From a virus (Duplodnaviria > Caudoviricetes): a stretch of 64,000 nucleotides of DNA. The position numbers and the translations under genes were made by a program. The notes beneath the pieces were generated by a model. The model did no database searches. It worked only from the letters and a program-made list of their open reading frames with translations, and was not told the DNA's origin. Of the stretch, positions 8,876 through 21,200 are shown piece after piece; the stretch's first letter is position 1; the number at the start of each line of letters is the position of its first letter. Location: positions 14,136 through 78,135 of IMG/VR virus record IMGVR_UViG_3300032301_000632; one strand, written 5' to 3'.

Positions 8876-9141
8876 TTTTCTTCATGAGGCTGGAACTTAA
8901 AATAGGCAAAATTAGGGTCAGTTAATAGAGTAGCTATTACATCATGGATTTGTACTCCATTAGCTTTAGCATACATATAAGCTCGACCTATTATATCTTC
9001 TCTAATATGAATAACTACAGGATAGTATACCTCAGTTCTATCTGGTGGTAAAGGTTCATCACTATGTTCTTCATTTTCCATGTATTGTTCTTTTTCTTTT
9101 ATGAAATTTTTATATTTTCTAAATTCTTCATTAATATCCAT
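8827..9141 (-). CDS. Small protein, possibly ribbon-helix-helix DNA-binding
   Basis: VVIHIREDIIGRAYMYAKANGVQIHDVIATLL fits a strand-helix-helix pattern. It is the last gene of the - strand block. Confidence 0.4.
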   Translation of the reverse strand: MDINEEFRKYKNFIKEKEQYMENEEHSDEPLPPDRTEVYYPVVIHIREDIIGRAYMYAKANGVQIHDVIATLLTDPNFAYFKFQPHEENQNVCEFGFVPIEDTL

Positions 9142-9201
9142 AGTTATATACTCGTTAATTATAAAATTTGTTAATTGTTTAACTATACTTTAGCAAATAT
9201 T

Positions 9202-12200
9202 TTAATAAGCATGTGCATCAAATAAAGATTCATCTTCAAAATAAGAAAATCCAGTTACATTAAAATAATTATCTTTTTCATAAGCATCAGGCTCAGCTAC
9301 ATGTACAGTAGTTTTCTGACCTTTTTTAGTAGGTACAACTGTAGGTTTAGGTGCTGGTCTTGGAGTATAATGTTGGTCAACATTAGATAAGTCAGTATCT
9401 GTATCTAAGTCTAGTTTTACAGCTTTACCTGGAGCTTCTTGAGCTTTAACAGACTGAGCATATGTAGCTAATTGTGACAATTCATCTATAGCTAGATTAG
9501 TTTCTTCATATTGTTCAGCAGCATCTACTTTAGCAGCAGTAGTAACAGTTGCTTTAGCACGCTCAGACCCACTGATATCTGTAGGCAGTGGTTTTTTAGA
9601 TTCTTCTTTAGCGGCATTTAAGGCTTCTAATTGGTCATAATATACCTCAGCTTGTTTTCTATAAAATTCTTCTAGTTTAGAATTATCTCCTGTAGCAGCT
9701 GCTTGTCTAATTAAAGCTTCTAAGTTAGCATCCATTGCTGATGTTTCTAAAATAGATACTCCACTTCTTACAGTTGATAGAGTATCACCACTAGCAGTTT
9801 TGTGTTGTTGACTAAATGCACCAAACTTCTCTGCTGCTGCTACATCATATGGGTGTATACTTGAACCATCAGAATTATATCTAGAGCCAGGGATTACACC
9901 GGATGACCCACCATACCAATCTAAGTGTAGTTCAACTGCATATGCTCCTTGTGCTTCTTGTTGAGCTAAGTATTCATGACCTGTACTAATATTTTGTCCA
10001 GCTTTTTGTCTGTATACAGAAGTGTCCCAACCTCTCTCTTTACCTACTTGTGCATAAACATCAGCAGCTACACTAGTTGCATATGACTCCACACTTCTAT
10101 TTAATCCATCTTTTGTTGTTATACCATGACCAGACTTACCAGAAGTACCAGTACCATAGTCAGCTTGGTGACCAGCAGCAAATATAATTCGCTTAGTATA
10201 GTTAGTTTGTTGAGCTGAAGCCCAATCTGCTACTTGTTTAGTATATTTACTTCCTTCAAATCCACCAGATAAATTAACTCCTACTTCAGTTGTACTAGCT
10301 CTTTCTAAAATTCCTGCACTACCTCCACCCCCAGGTTCTGACCCAGCTTGATTAGCACCATGACTAAACATCATCATTGCTGTATTTTTGATATTAGACC
10401 AAGTATGTGATAAAGCTTCTTTAGCTACCACCCATGTACGTTTAACAGTCTCACTAAATGCTTTTATACCAGCTTGAACATACTTCATTAATGACCCTTC
10501 TTTTTTTAGTTTTAGATTTTTTACTTCAGGGTTAAACTCAATAGGTGCAACCTGATTAAAAACTAAATGCTCTACCCCATAATCTTTTTTATCTTTTGTA
10601 TCTTCCTGTTCTTCATTATTTTTATCTTTATTTTTATTAGATTTTTTAATTAACTTGTCTGCTTTATGTAGCTCAATAGTAGTTAATTTAATTTTCCCTG
10701 TTTTAGGTAAAGTAAGTTTAGATAAGTCCGCTGTAGTAAATATTTTACTAGCTTTATCATGTCTTTCTTGAACATCTTTTAGCTCTGCTGTTAGCGTAAT
10801 AAACTGTTCTTCTATTTCTTTCTGTCTAACTATCTGTGTAATTGATACTTGTTTGGATGTTTTGGCTATATCAGAAATTGATTTACCTTGTCTATATAAC
10901 TCGAACGACTCCTCTCCAGATAACCCAGATGCTGTTTTAATACGTTGTGCTTTTTCTCGTTCTCTAGATTTATCTACCCTATGCTGATAAGTATCAGTAT
11001 TCTTTTCTGTATGCATTGCTAACTCAGTAGTTAATAAATGCCCTAAGATAATACCAGCACCTATTAGAGCAATAAGGGGCAATACAGCTAGCCCAATAGT
11101 TAAGCCAACTATACCTGCAAGTAAAGCCCCAATAACTATACCAAGTGTTTGATATGTACTAACTTTTTTAGCCGAGACTTTATTTTCATATGCTCGTTTA
11201 GCATATACTTTACCTACTTGGTCACCTGCATAGTCAGCTACTAAACCTAAACCTAATCCTAAAACTGGATTAATTAGTCCTATCATTTCAGCACCTAATC
11301 CCCAAGTACCAGCAAAAGAGCGTCTCATACCTGACTCGTACATGTCTTTACTACCGTTGTACTCGTCTTCGACTTTATTTAAGCGTTCATGACCACTCAT
11401 CATAATTACAGTGCTTATAGCTACTGAAGCTGGAGTGGCTAACTTATTAACTATGTTGCCTACAGGTTTTAAAGCATGAATTGCTTTTTCTGATACTCTA
11501 CCAATTAAAGACCCTCTACCTACAATAGCTTTAGGTAGTCTATCTAATTGCTTACTAATAAACAACATAGTTTTATTAGATGTATCAATTTGTGTTTCTA
11601 CAGTAACTATCTGTCCTTTAAGAGCCCTTCTTCTAGCTAATAATAATTTTAAATCTCCAGCTTCATTAGGATTAACAGAACCAAAACCTTTAGCACTAGA
11701 TGTTGATGATTCTACTAGCTCACCACCAATACTAGGCATTTTACCAGCTGCTATATTAGGGTCATACAGTACTATAGCCCCACCTTTTTCTAAATTTAGG
11801 TCAATGTGAGTCATCTCACTTAATTCAACAATGTCATCCGCAACATTAGGTATTCTACTTGTTTGTATACTAGGGTCATAAGGGATAATAGCTCCACCTT
11901 TTTCATAGCTAAGGTCTAGTGTTTCATCTAAACTAGTAGCCCAAGTACTATGATATATTCCATCATCTGGAGAGTATTCCCACTTAATTTTAAAATCAGC
12001 TTTAGGTGCAGCATCAATAGTTTCATCTAATGTTGTAACTAGAGTATTTGTTTTAGGTGATGTATACTCTAAAGGCGACTTAGTATTAGTCTCTCCAACA
12101 AGTTGAATTGCTAGTTTTTCCCCTGCTGTTTTAGTAGCTGCACTAACAATAGGAGTTTTTCCATGTGGCATATAATCAATAGCAGTACTTATTTTACTTT

Positions 12201-15200
12201 TACCACTAAAATTAATTTCTGGTTTTGGTAATTTAGAACCTTTTTTTGGTTTAGGAGTATTCGACCCTAAATCTTGAGATAATTTACTTACAGATGTCTT
12301 TGGTTTTGTACTAGGTTTAACTGCTTTCGGACTACTAGCTAATCTACCTTTACCTGGTTTACCAGCTTGTTTAAGTTTAGTAGCCATACTAGTTCTTTTT
12401 ATCCCTCTTATAGCCTCTTCTACTTCATCTAATTCACTAGTTAAAGTAGCTAGCTGTTTTTGATGACCAACTAAAGCTTCAGATAAACCTTCAGCTTGTT
12501 TATTTAAACTGGTAATAGACTCCTCTAAAGCATGAACATTTAATAGTTCAGGATTTTTAGCAACTGATGCTAATACCTTATCTCCTATATCATCAGCAAT
12601 AGCATCAAAGCCTATACTTTTTAGATATCTAAATCTATCTAACATATTAGTACCACCAGGCACTGCATTAACTAAACTTAAAAATCCTTCATTTCTACTA
12701 TGAGAAATAAATCTAAAAGCTTTTGCTAATAAAATCTTTCCACCTTTACTAGTCTGACCAGCATGTTCAGTTAAATATTTAGTAGACCATTTAACCGCTT
12801 TAGTAGCTAACTTATCAATTACTTTAGTGCGTAAAAAATCTCCAGCTGCATTAGCGATCGCTGATTTCTGTATTGTACGTTTAATGCCATATTGTAAATA
12901 AGCTACTTCATCATTATCATTTAATCGCTGTCTTTCATCTATCCAACTATCAGATGGTTTAGATAAAGCAGATAAACCACCCGCTGTAAAAATATCTAAG
13001 AATGGTCCAAATGCTCGATAACCAAATAATCCGCCTATAAAATAGTTAGTAGTTGTTAATAAATTAGTAAATGCAAAGCTAGTCTCTAATTTAGACATAC
13101 CATCTTTTTGCATTTTAAAGTAGTCAACACTATAGTATGCAATAGAACCTATATCAACTATAGGACCCATGCCATCTAGTAAACTTTCTTTAACTCCTCG
13201 TACACCAAACTTGGTTACCATTCGGGCTGCACTTCTATTACCAGACAGTGCTACTTGAGTAAGCTTTCTTAGTATTAATCTTTCTCCAGCTTGTATACCT
13301 TTACCAATCGCTTTCTTATTATCAAAGAATAAATTTGCTGCAATCAGACCGCCAGCAATTAAATCATGTTTATCTCTATCTCCATCAGTAAAAGAATTAA
13401 TAGCATATGCGCCTAAAATAGAATACCTTACAAATCTAAAAGCTGTTGTGGATTGTAACTTTGTAAATTTATTAGGGCTCTTTAAATAATCTACCGCTGA
13501 TGCACCTAGCATATATCCAGCAGTACCCATAATAGCGTCACGCTGTGCACGTTCATCGTCAGTACTAATACCTGCTATTAGCCCCATAACCCCAACGGCT
13601 AATCCTAATCCATATTTTTGAAATAACTTACTTCTCCAAGCTTTAGTAGTAGCTAATTTAACATCTATCTTTGTTAGTTTTACTTCTCTAGAAGTAAGTT
13701 TGTATCCATTTAAACTTTGAATTCTTTCTCTAAATGAACTAATTTGACCAATTGCTAAACTACGATTTATGTCATAACTTAACATACCACCATAAGTAGC
13801 TCCTGCTAGAAAACTTCCTGTATCTTGGTTTATATAATCCCCACCATATTTAGCTAATCCAGCAGCTCCTACTCGTAACCCAACACTACCATATTGTTTC
13901 AATATAGGTAGGGCTAACTTTTTATTTCTAATTAAGTCATATGCAACTGCTGATACTGCACTACTGCCAGCTAGAGTATAATCTTCTTGGCTTATTTCAC
14001 CATTTCTTAATTTCTGTGCTGCTAAAAATGCAGCTGGGAATAAAGCATATCTAAATAAAGAATATTTAGTTGAAACTAATTTAAAAGAGTCATGAGATAA
14101 GTTAGCACCAATATACGCCCCCATAACAGCGCTCTCTACTTTATTTAGCTCACCTTTTTTATACATCGTGTATGCAAAAATAGGTGCATATCTAGAAGCT
14201 ACAAATAGTGACTTTCTATTTGTATACATAGATTTAACAGTCTTACTAGTTATGTTTAAGGTTTCATTTAAAGCATTAACAGTTGGCATTGGATTTCTAA
14301 TAATGTCATAAGACATTGACCCAACAAACATACCAACAGCAAATGCATAGTCTTCTTTAGTGATTTCTCCTTTACTTATTTGTTGATTTAATAAAACTGT
14401 AGAGGGTAACAATAAATGTCTACCTAACTTCAATACACCTTTGGAGATATTTACAACTGGTACGCTCTCTTCACTAGCAACAACTTTAGAGGCTGTTTGT
14501 ATTGGAGGCTTAGGTGCTGGTATTTTAACGCCCGGTGTTTTAGTTGGTGGTATTAAATTACCTTCTGTATCAATAGTTCCTAAAAATCTAGTACCTGTTG
14601 ATTTAGGTTGTTTCTTATATCTCCGAGCACGATTATAAGGAACAATAGCTCCTCCTACTTCCTCAACACTGCCATCAGGACGTATATAGCCTAAAAATCT
14701 AGAACTAATAGGTTTAACTCTTGGTTTATAACTTCTTTGATGTTTATAAGGAACAATAGCACCACCTGGTTCATCAGTAAAAGGATGATAGCCTCCGGTA
14801 GAATCAAAATATCCTGTAGATGCAGCAGATGATACTCCTAATCTTCCTCTAATAACTGGTCTTTTGTTAGGAGTATACTTAACAATAGCCCCTCCTTGTT
14901 TAGCTTTATAAGGGACAATAGCTCCACCTTTGTCGTATGGTACAATAGCCCCTCCAGGTTCATGGGGTGTAGGTAAATTTAAAACAGGTCTAGATGTGAC
15001 ATCTATGGTCTGAGACATTGCATCATCTAGAATGCTAGTGGGAGTTCTGCCTGTAACTACTCTTCTAGACCTGGTAGGTATAATAGCCCCACCTAACTCT
15101 TCTTGATACTTAACAATAGCACCTGGTCTAGCATTTGGGTCAAATGTAGGATTAGGATTATATTTAACTATTGCTCCTGGTTTTGTATTAGATACTATAG

Positions 15201-18200
15201 TTACACCATCAGGACTTACTACTGCAAAAGGAGGTTGTGTTACTGTAGGTCTTCTTTTATTTAAACGTCCTCTTCTATTTTGTTTTGTTGGGTCATATTT
15301 ATTAACTACATGATAATCACTAGCTTGTTCACCACCAACGCGACTGTATACATTAGCCCGCCTAGTTCCTGTTGGTCTATTTGATAGCTTACTGTTATCA
15401 CTACTGTATGTAAAGGGTTGAAATGCAAGAGTACTAGCAATCGAAGGTACTTTAAGATTATATGTATCATGGGCGAAATTAGCCCCTAAATACGCACCAA
15501 ATAAAAACGACTCAGGAGCATTAAAATCATCTTGACTAGTATAATAAGCTCCGGCCACTCCATATCGAAGAACTTTTGATATGGTAGGGTTATTATTTTT
15601 TAACCATTGTTGTGCTGCTTTGGGGTCTCTAATAGTATCGTACAATAGTGCACCCCCAACGTAACCACCTGCTAAAGCTAAATCTTCTTTATTAATTTCG
15701 CCTGTTGCTACACCTTTTCCAGCTAAATACAATAGTGGTAACCCACCTACTCTAGCTATTTTATTAAATACTCTATCTTCACCAACTGTTTTAGCAAACA
15801 TTGAGTAGCTATCATGTGCTACGTTAGCACCTAAATATGCTCCCATTAATAGGCTCTCAGTTTTATTCAGGTCACCTTTCTTATAAGCTGTATACAGACC
15901 AGCTGCCCCATATCTAGCTGCTCCAAATAAAACCTGTTTATTTCTATTTGACCATTCAGCGGCTAATTTTAATCCTTTACCAGCTATATCACCTGTTACT
16001 TTTAAAACATTACTAACATTTTTAATAGCAGCTTTAGGGTCTCTAACAGCTTCGTAGCCTAATGAACCAGCTAAATAACCTCCAGCAAAAGAGTAATCTT
16101 CTTTTGTTATTTCTCCTTTGCTTATTTCCTGATTTAATAAAAATATAGCTGGGAATAATAGGTGTCTAGTAGTCTGCCCAATAAGTTTATTAAAGTTTAT
16201 TTTAGTTGCTGACAATTCATCAGGTATGAGGTCAGGGTTTATATACTTAGAATTATATTTTAGGTTTCCTACAGACTTAGTTATTTTCTTATTTTGATAT
16301 CTAACTTCAGATTTGTATACGGATTCAGTACTTCTTGTTAATTTATTTTTAAATTGACGATGTTCTTTTACTTGAGGTTGATATTTTTGTATGGCTCCAC
16401 CAGGCACATCACTAACTTGTTCTGTACTAGTAGCAAATTCTTTAGCCATGTTTTTATCCAAAATATCTAAGGGTGTTGGGCTAACACTTCTTCGTCTAGA
16501 CTTTAAGGGTATTATTGCTCCTCCAGGTTCTTGTGGAGATTTATAAAGAACAATAGACCCACCACTAACATTAGTGGGTCTTACTCTAGGAGTACTAATA
16601 TCTTCTGTTAAATTATAAGTTAGTTTATTTACATGTGTTGGCTCTATACTTTTTAGTCTAGACCTTGTTGGAACTATAGCCCCACCTTTCTCGTAAGGAA
16701 CAATAGCACCTGGTCTAACAGTGGAGTCAAAGGTAGGATTAGGATTATACTTAACTATTGCTCCTGGTTTTGTATTAGATACTATAGTTACACCATCAGG
16801 ACTTACTACTGCAAATGGTGAAGTAGGTCTTCTTTTATTTAAACGTCCTCTTCTATTAGCCGTTACTGGTTTATTTGGGTCATACTCTTTAACCACATGT
16901 ACGTCACTAGCCTGACTACCTCCAACATAGGAGTATACACTAGAGGGTTTAGACGCTACTCTACTATTATCACTACTGTATGTAAAGGGTTGAAATGTAG
17001 CTATTTTTGGTCTAGGAGTACGAGAACTAGTAGCACGAGTAGGTCTAACTCGTCTAGTAAAATCCGTATCATAAGCTATGTTAGCCCCTAAGTAAGCCCC
17101 ATATAAAAATGACTCTTTAGTATCTTTGTCTTCATCAAACAAAGAGTATGCAGCTGCTGCGCCATATCTTAATAATCTAGAAGATAAATTTACATGCTTT
17201 TTAATCCATCCAACAGTAGCTTTATGGTCTCGAACAGTATCATATAGTAGCGCCCCACCAACATAACCTCCTGCTAGAGCTGCATCTTCTCTACTAATTT
17301 CACCTGTCATGATTCCTTTTCCAGCTAAATAGAGTACAGGTAATGCACCCAACCTAGCTACTTTCATAAATACTTTATTCTCACTAGCTGCTTTAGCAAA
17401 CATAGAATAACTATCGTGTGCTACGTTAGCACCAACATAAGCACCAGCTACTAAACTCTCTGTTTTATTTAAATCACCTTTTTTATGAGCTGCATACAGA
17501 CCAACTGCTCCATATCTAGCTGCCATAGCTAATGATGTTTTATGTTGTATAGACCAAGTAAATCCTGCTTTTAATCCTTTAGCAGTTAAATCACCGGCTA
17601 CTTTTAACACACTCATTGTAGCTTTTAAAGCTGCTTTAGGATGTTTATAAAATTCATAACCTAAAGAGCCAGCAAGCATACCCCCTGCAAGTGCATAATC
17701 TTCTTTGGTTATTTCTCCTTTAATTAATTGTTGACTTAATAAAATTAAAGCAGGAGACAATAAATGTCTAGCTAATTGCCCAACTTTTAAATTAAATCTT
17801 TTAGGAGTAGATGCAACCTCAGATTCAGTAACTAACTGAACTTGTCTAGTTTTTGGTATATCAACATCATCTAGTATTAACTCAGCATTCATTTGTACAG
17901 TTTTATACTGTCTTTTAACTTGTGGCTGAAACTTCTGTATTGCTCCACCAGTTGTAGAAGATGGACTGCTAATATTAACAGTTGTAGGTTTAGTAGATGA
18001 TACTCTATATCTACTAGACATTTCTGTATCTAAACTATCTAATGAAGTTGGACTAACACTTCTTCGTCTAGACTTTAGAGGTATAATAGCAGACCCAGCA
18101 TCTTTATTTACTGGATATGCAATATGTCTAAATTTAACATTTGGGTCATATTTAACAATAGCGCCTGGTCTAGCATTAGGTTGGAACGTTGGATTAGGGT

Positions 18201-21200
18201 CATACTTTACAATAGCTCCTGGTTTTGTTTGAGAAACTATCGTTACCCCATTAGGATTTACTACAGCAAAAGGAGTTTGTGCTACTGGAGGTCTTCTTTT
18301 ATTTAAACGACCTCTTCTATTTTGTTTTGTAGAGTCATATTTTTTTACTACGTGAACATCACTAGCCTGTTCACCCCCAACATAACTGTATACTTTACTA
18401 GTACGAGTAGCTGTAGGAGTAGCTGTAGGAGTAAACGTCTCTTCTATATTGTTATATCTCTGTCTAGTAAAATCTGTATCATAAGCAATGTTAGCTCCTA
18501 AATAAGCACCATATAAGAATGACTCTCTACTATCCTGGTCTTTATTAAACAAAGAGTATGCAGCTGCTGCACCATATCTTAATGCTCTAGAAGATAAATT
18601 TACATGCTTTTTAACCCAACCTACAGCTGCTTTTGGGTCTCTAGCAACATCATATAATAGTGCTCCTCCTACATATCCACTTGCTAACAGTAAGTCTTGT
18701 TTATTAATCTCACCTGTCATAATACCTTTACCTACTAAGTATAAAACAGGCAATCCACCTACTCTAGCTATTTTAGTAAATACTTTATCCTCACCAGCTG
18801 TTTTAGCAAACATAGAATAGCTGTCATGTGCTACGTTAGCTCCTATATAAGCACCAGTTAATAAACTTTCAGTTTTATTTAAATCACCTTTTTTATGAGC
18901 TGCATACAAACCAGCTGCCCCATATCTTGCAGCCATAAATATAGATTGTCTATGTTGTACAGCTTTTTCAATAGACCAATTAGCTAATGATTTACTAAGC
19001 TTACCAACTGATTTACTAAACTTACCTAATGATTTACTAGTTGCTAAAGGGTTTCTAACTACATCATGCAAAATAGATCCAGCTAACATACCACCAGCAA
19101 AATTATAATCTTCTTTAGTTATCTCCCCTTTAGCTAATTGTTGAGCGGCTAAAAAAGATACAGGCATTATAAGATGTCTAATGTTACGTTTTAGAAAACC
19201 GCCTATAGAAGATAATATTTTAGGTCTAGCTTTTGTTACTCTCTGTTGGTTATATAGTACAATAGCTCCACCTGGTTCTTCCATTAGCTCTGCTCTCATA
19301 CGAATAACCGGCTCATCAGGAATTAATTCAGCTTTCATAAATACATAGTTAGGGTCATAAGCACTATGTTTAATAATTGCTCCACCTTTTATACGTGGTG
19401 CATTCATCCCTTCTACTTTAGAAACTTTAGTAGTATCTACTAGACCTTCAGAGACTTTATTACCAAGTATGTTTCTATGTACAGGGTCTACCTCTATTAC
19501 AGGTTTAACTTTAACCGAACTAACTTCAGTCCCTTTAGCTAAATCATTACCTGCTGCTAATAATAGTTGAGGTTTAGCACTAGGTAATAACTTTCTAGGT
19601 TCAGCTCCTGTTAATAATAACTGAGGTCTAGGCTCAATATCTACTGTAGAAGCAACTGATTTTGCTTGAGTAGATAGAACAATTTCCCCACTTTTATAAG
19701 AAGGCATGGGTGTTTCAATACGAACAGCAGTAGAAGCACTAAGCTGTAATTGTGGTTTACTTCCTGGTGAATAAAATATCTCATTATTAACCACATTTAC
19801 TGTTCTAGAAGGACTCTTAGAAACATGTACAATTTCAGTTTTAGGTTTAACTCTGTTTATCTCAATAACAGGTAGTGTACCATACTGAATTCCAGGTTTA
19901 GCTACTTTATGTCTAGGATAAGTAATTAAAGCAAAGTTTGCTCCTATATAAGCTCCTAATAAAAAGGCTTCTTTACTTTCGAGTTCTTCGTTGTTAAGTT
20001 TTTTATGAGTATAATAACCTAATCCAGCAACATACCCAATTGCTGCTGTAGCAAGTAATATATTTTTAGAGTATCTTCTGCCAAACTCTACTGATTTTCT
20101 AACAATAGTTTTAGACTGGCTAATAATTGCTTTATGATTTTTAGATAAATCATATGCAGTAGCACCTAATAAATATCCACCTGAGTTAGCTAAATCCTCT
20201 TTAGTTATTTTTCCTTCATTAACCAATCTATTAGTTAAGTACATTATAGGAAGTAGACTATACTTTAGAGTCATACTAACTCCATGTACCCCAATAGCTG
20301 GTTTAATACCAAAAGTCTTAAAGTTCTTTGTATGCGCTTTATATGAGTGTGATAAAAGAGCGTTACTTAAGTTAGTGGTATCGTGAGCAACAACTGCTCC
20401 TATATAAGTAGATGCTAAAAAGTCTGTAGTAGCATTAGTTTTGTCAGGGTAATACATTTTTGCTGCTAAGTAAGCTGCAAATACACCACTTCTGGCAGCA
20501 GCCATAGTAGCTCCTTTTAACTCTCTTACCAGTTTACTTTTTAAGAAAGATACTATATTAGCTTTAGTAAATATTAATCCAGCTCTTTGTGCAACCATTC
20601 CAACTGCCTGACCAGCTGCTATGCCTGATGCTGCGTAGATATCTTCTTTAGTTATTTTACGATCTTCTTCATCTCTATTTAATAACTTAGTTGCTAAAAG
20701 TAAAAATGGCATAGCTAAATTAAAAATAAGATTTGCTCTTTGTATACCATCTCTAGCCTTTTTGAGCTGAGCTGGAGTATTTTGAGCATCATATTTTGCT
20801 ACAGCGGTATTATACCTATTTCTTGCAGCTTTATAATTCCCGACTTCTATATCTTTTTCCCCCGGTAAATAAAATCTAGTATTAGCAGATAGATTTCTTT
20901 TAGCTGTATTTAATTCAGTGGTAAATATTTCTAAAGATACAGCTCGTAACCTAGCATCACCTTTCCAAGACCTTAAATTGTGAGCTATGTTGCTAGAATC
21001 AAAGCCTAAGTTAAGCCCTAGATAAGCTGAAGATACAAATGACTGCTGATCTTCTGACAATTTAGATTGTGTAATATTCTCAATAATATTAGGAGCTATT
21101 GCATATCTTAGAAATCCTCCTATAGCTCTTCTATTAAACTTAGTTACTCTAGAACCAAACGTAGGGTGATTTTTAGTTATCATACGTTTAATAATAGGAA

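Noticed and set aside
15250-18330. RRGRLNKRRP as a eukaryotic nuclear localisation signal implying a eukaryotic host
   Set aside because: Every other signal (sigma70-type promoters, terminators, HIP1, amidase, contractile tail) is bacterial. Basic patches are common in DNA-contacting phage proteins.
14600-19400. Repeated DNA segments as a CRISPR array or other non-coding repeat
   Set aside because: The repeats are in frame, vary at synonymous positions and have irregular long periods, so they are protein repeats.
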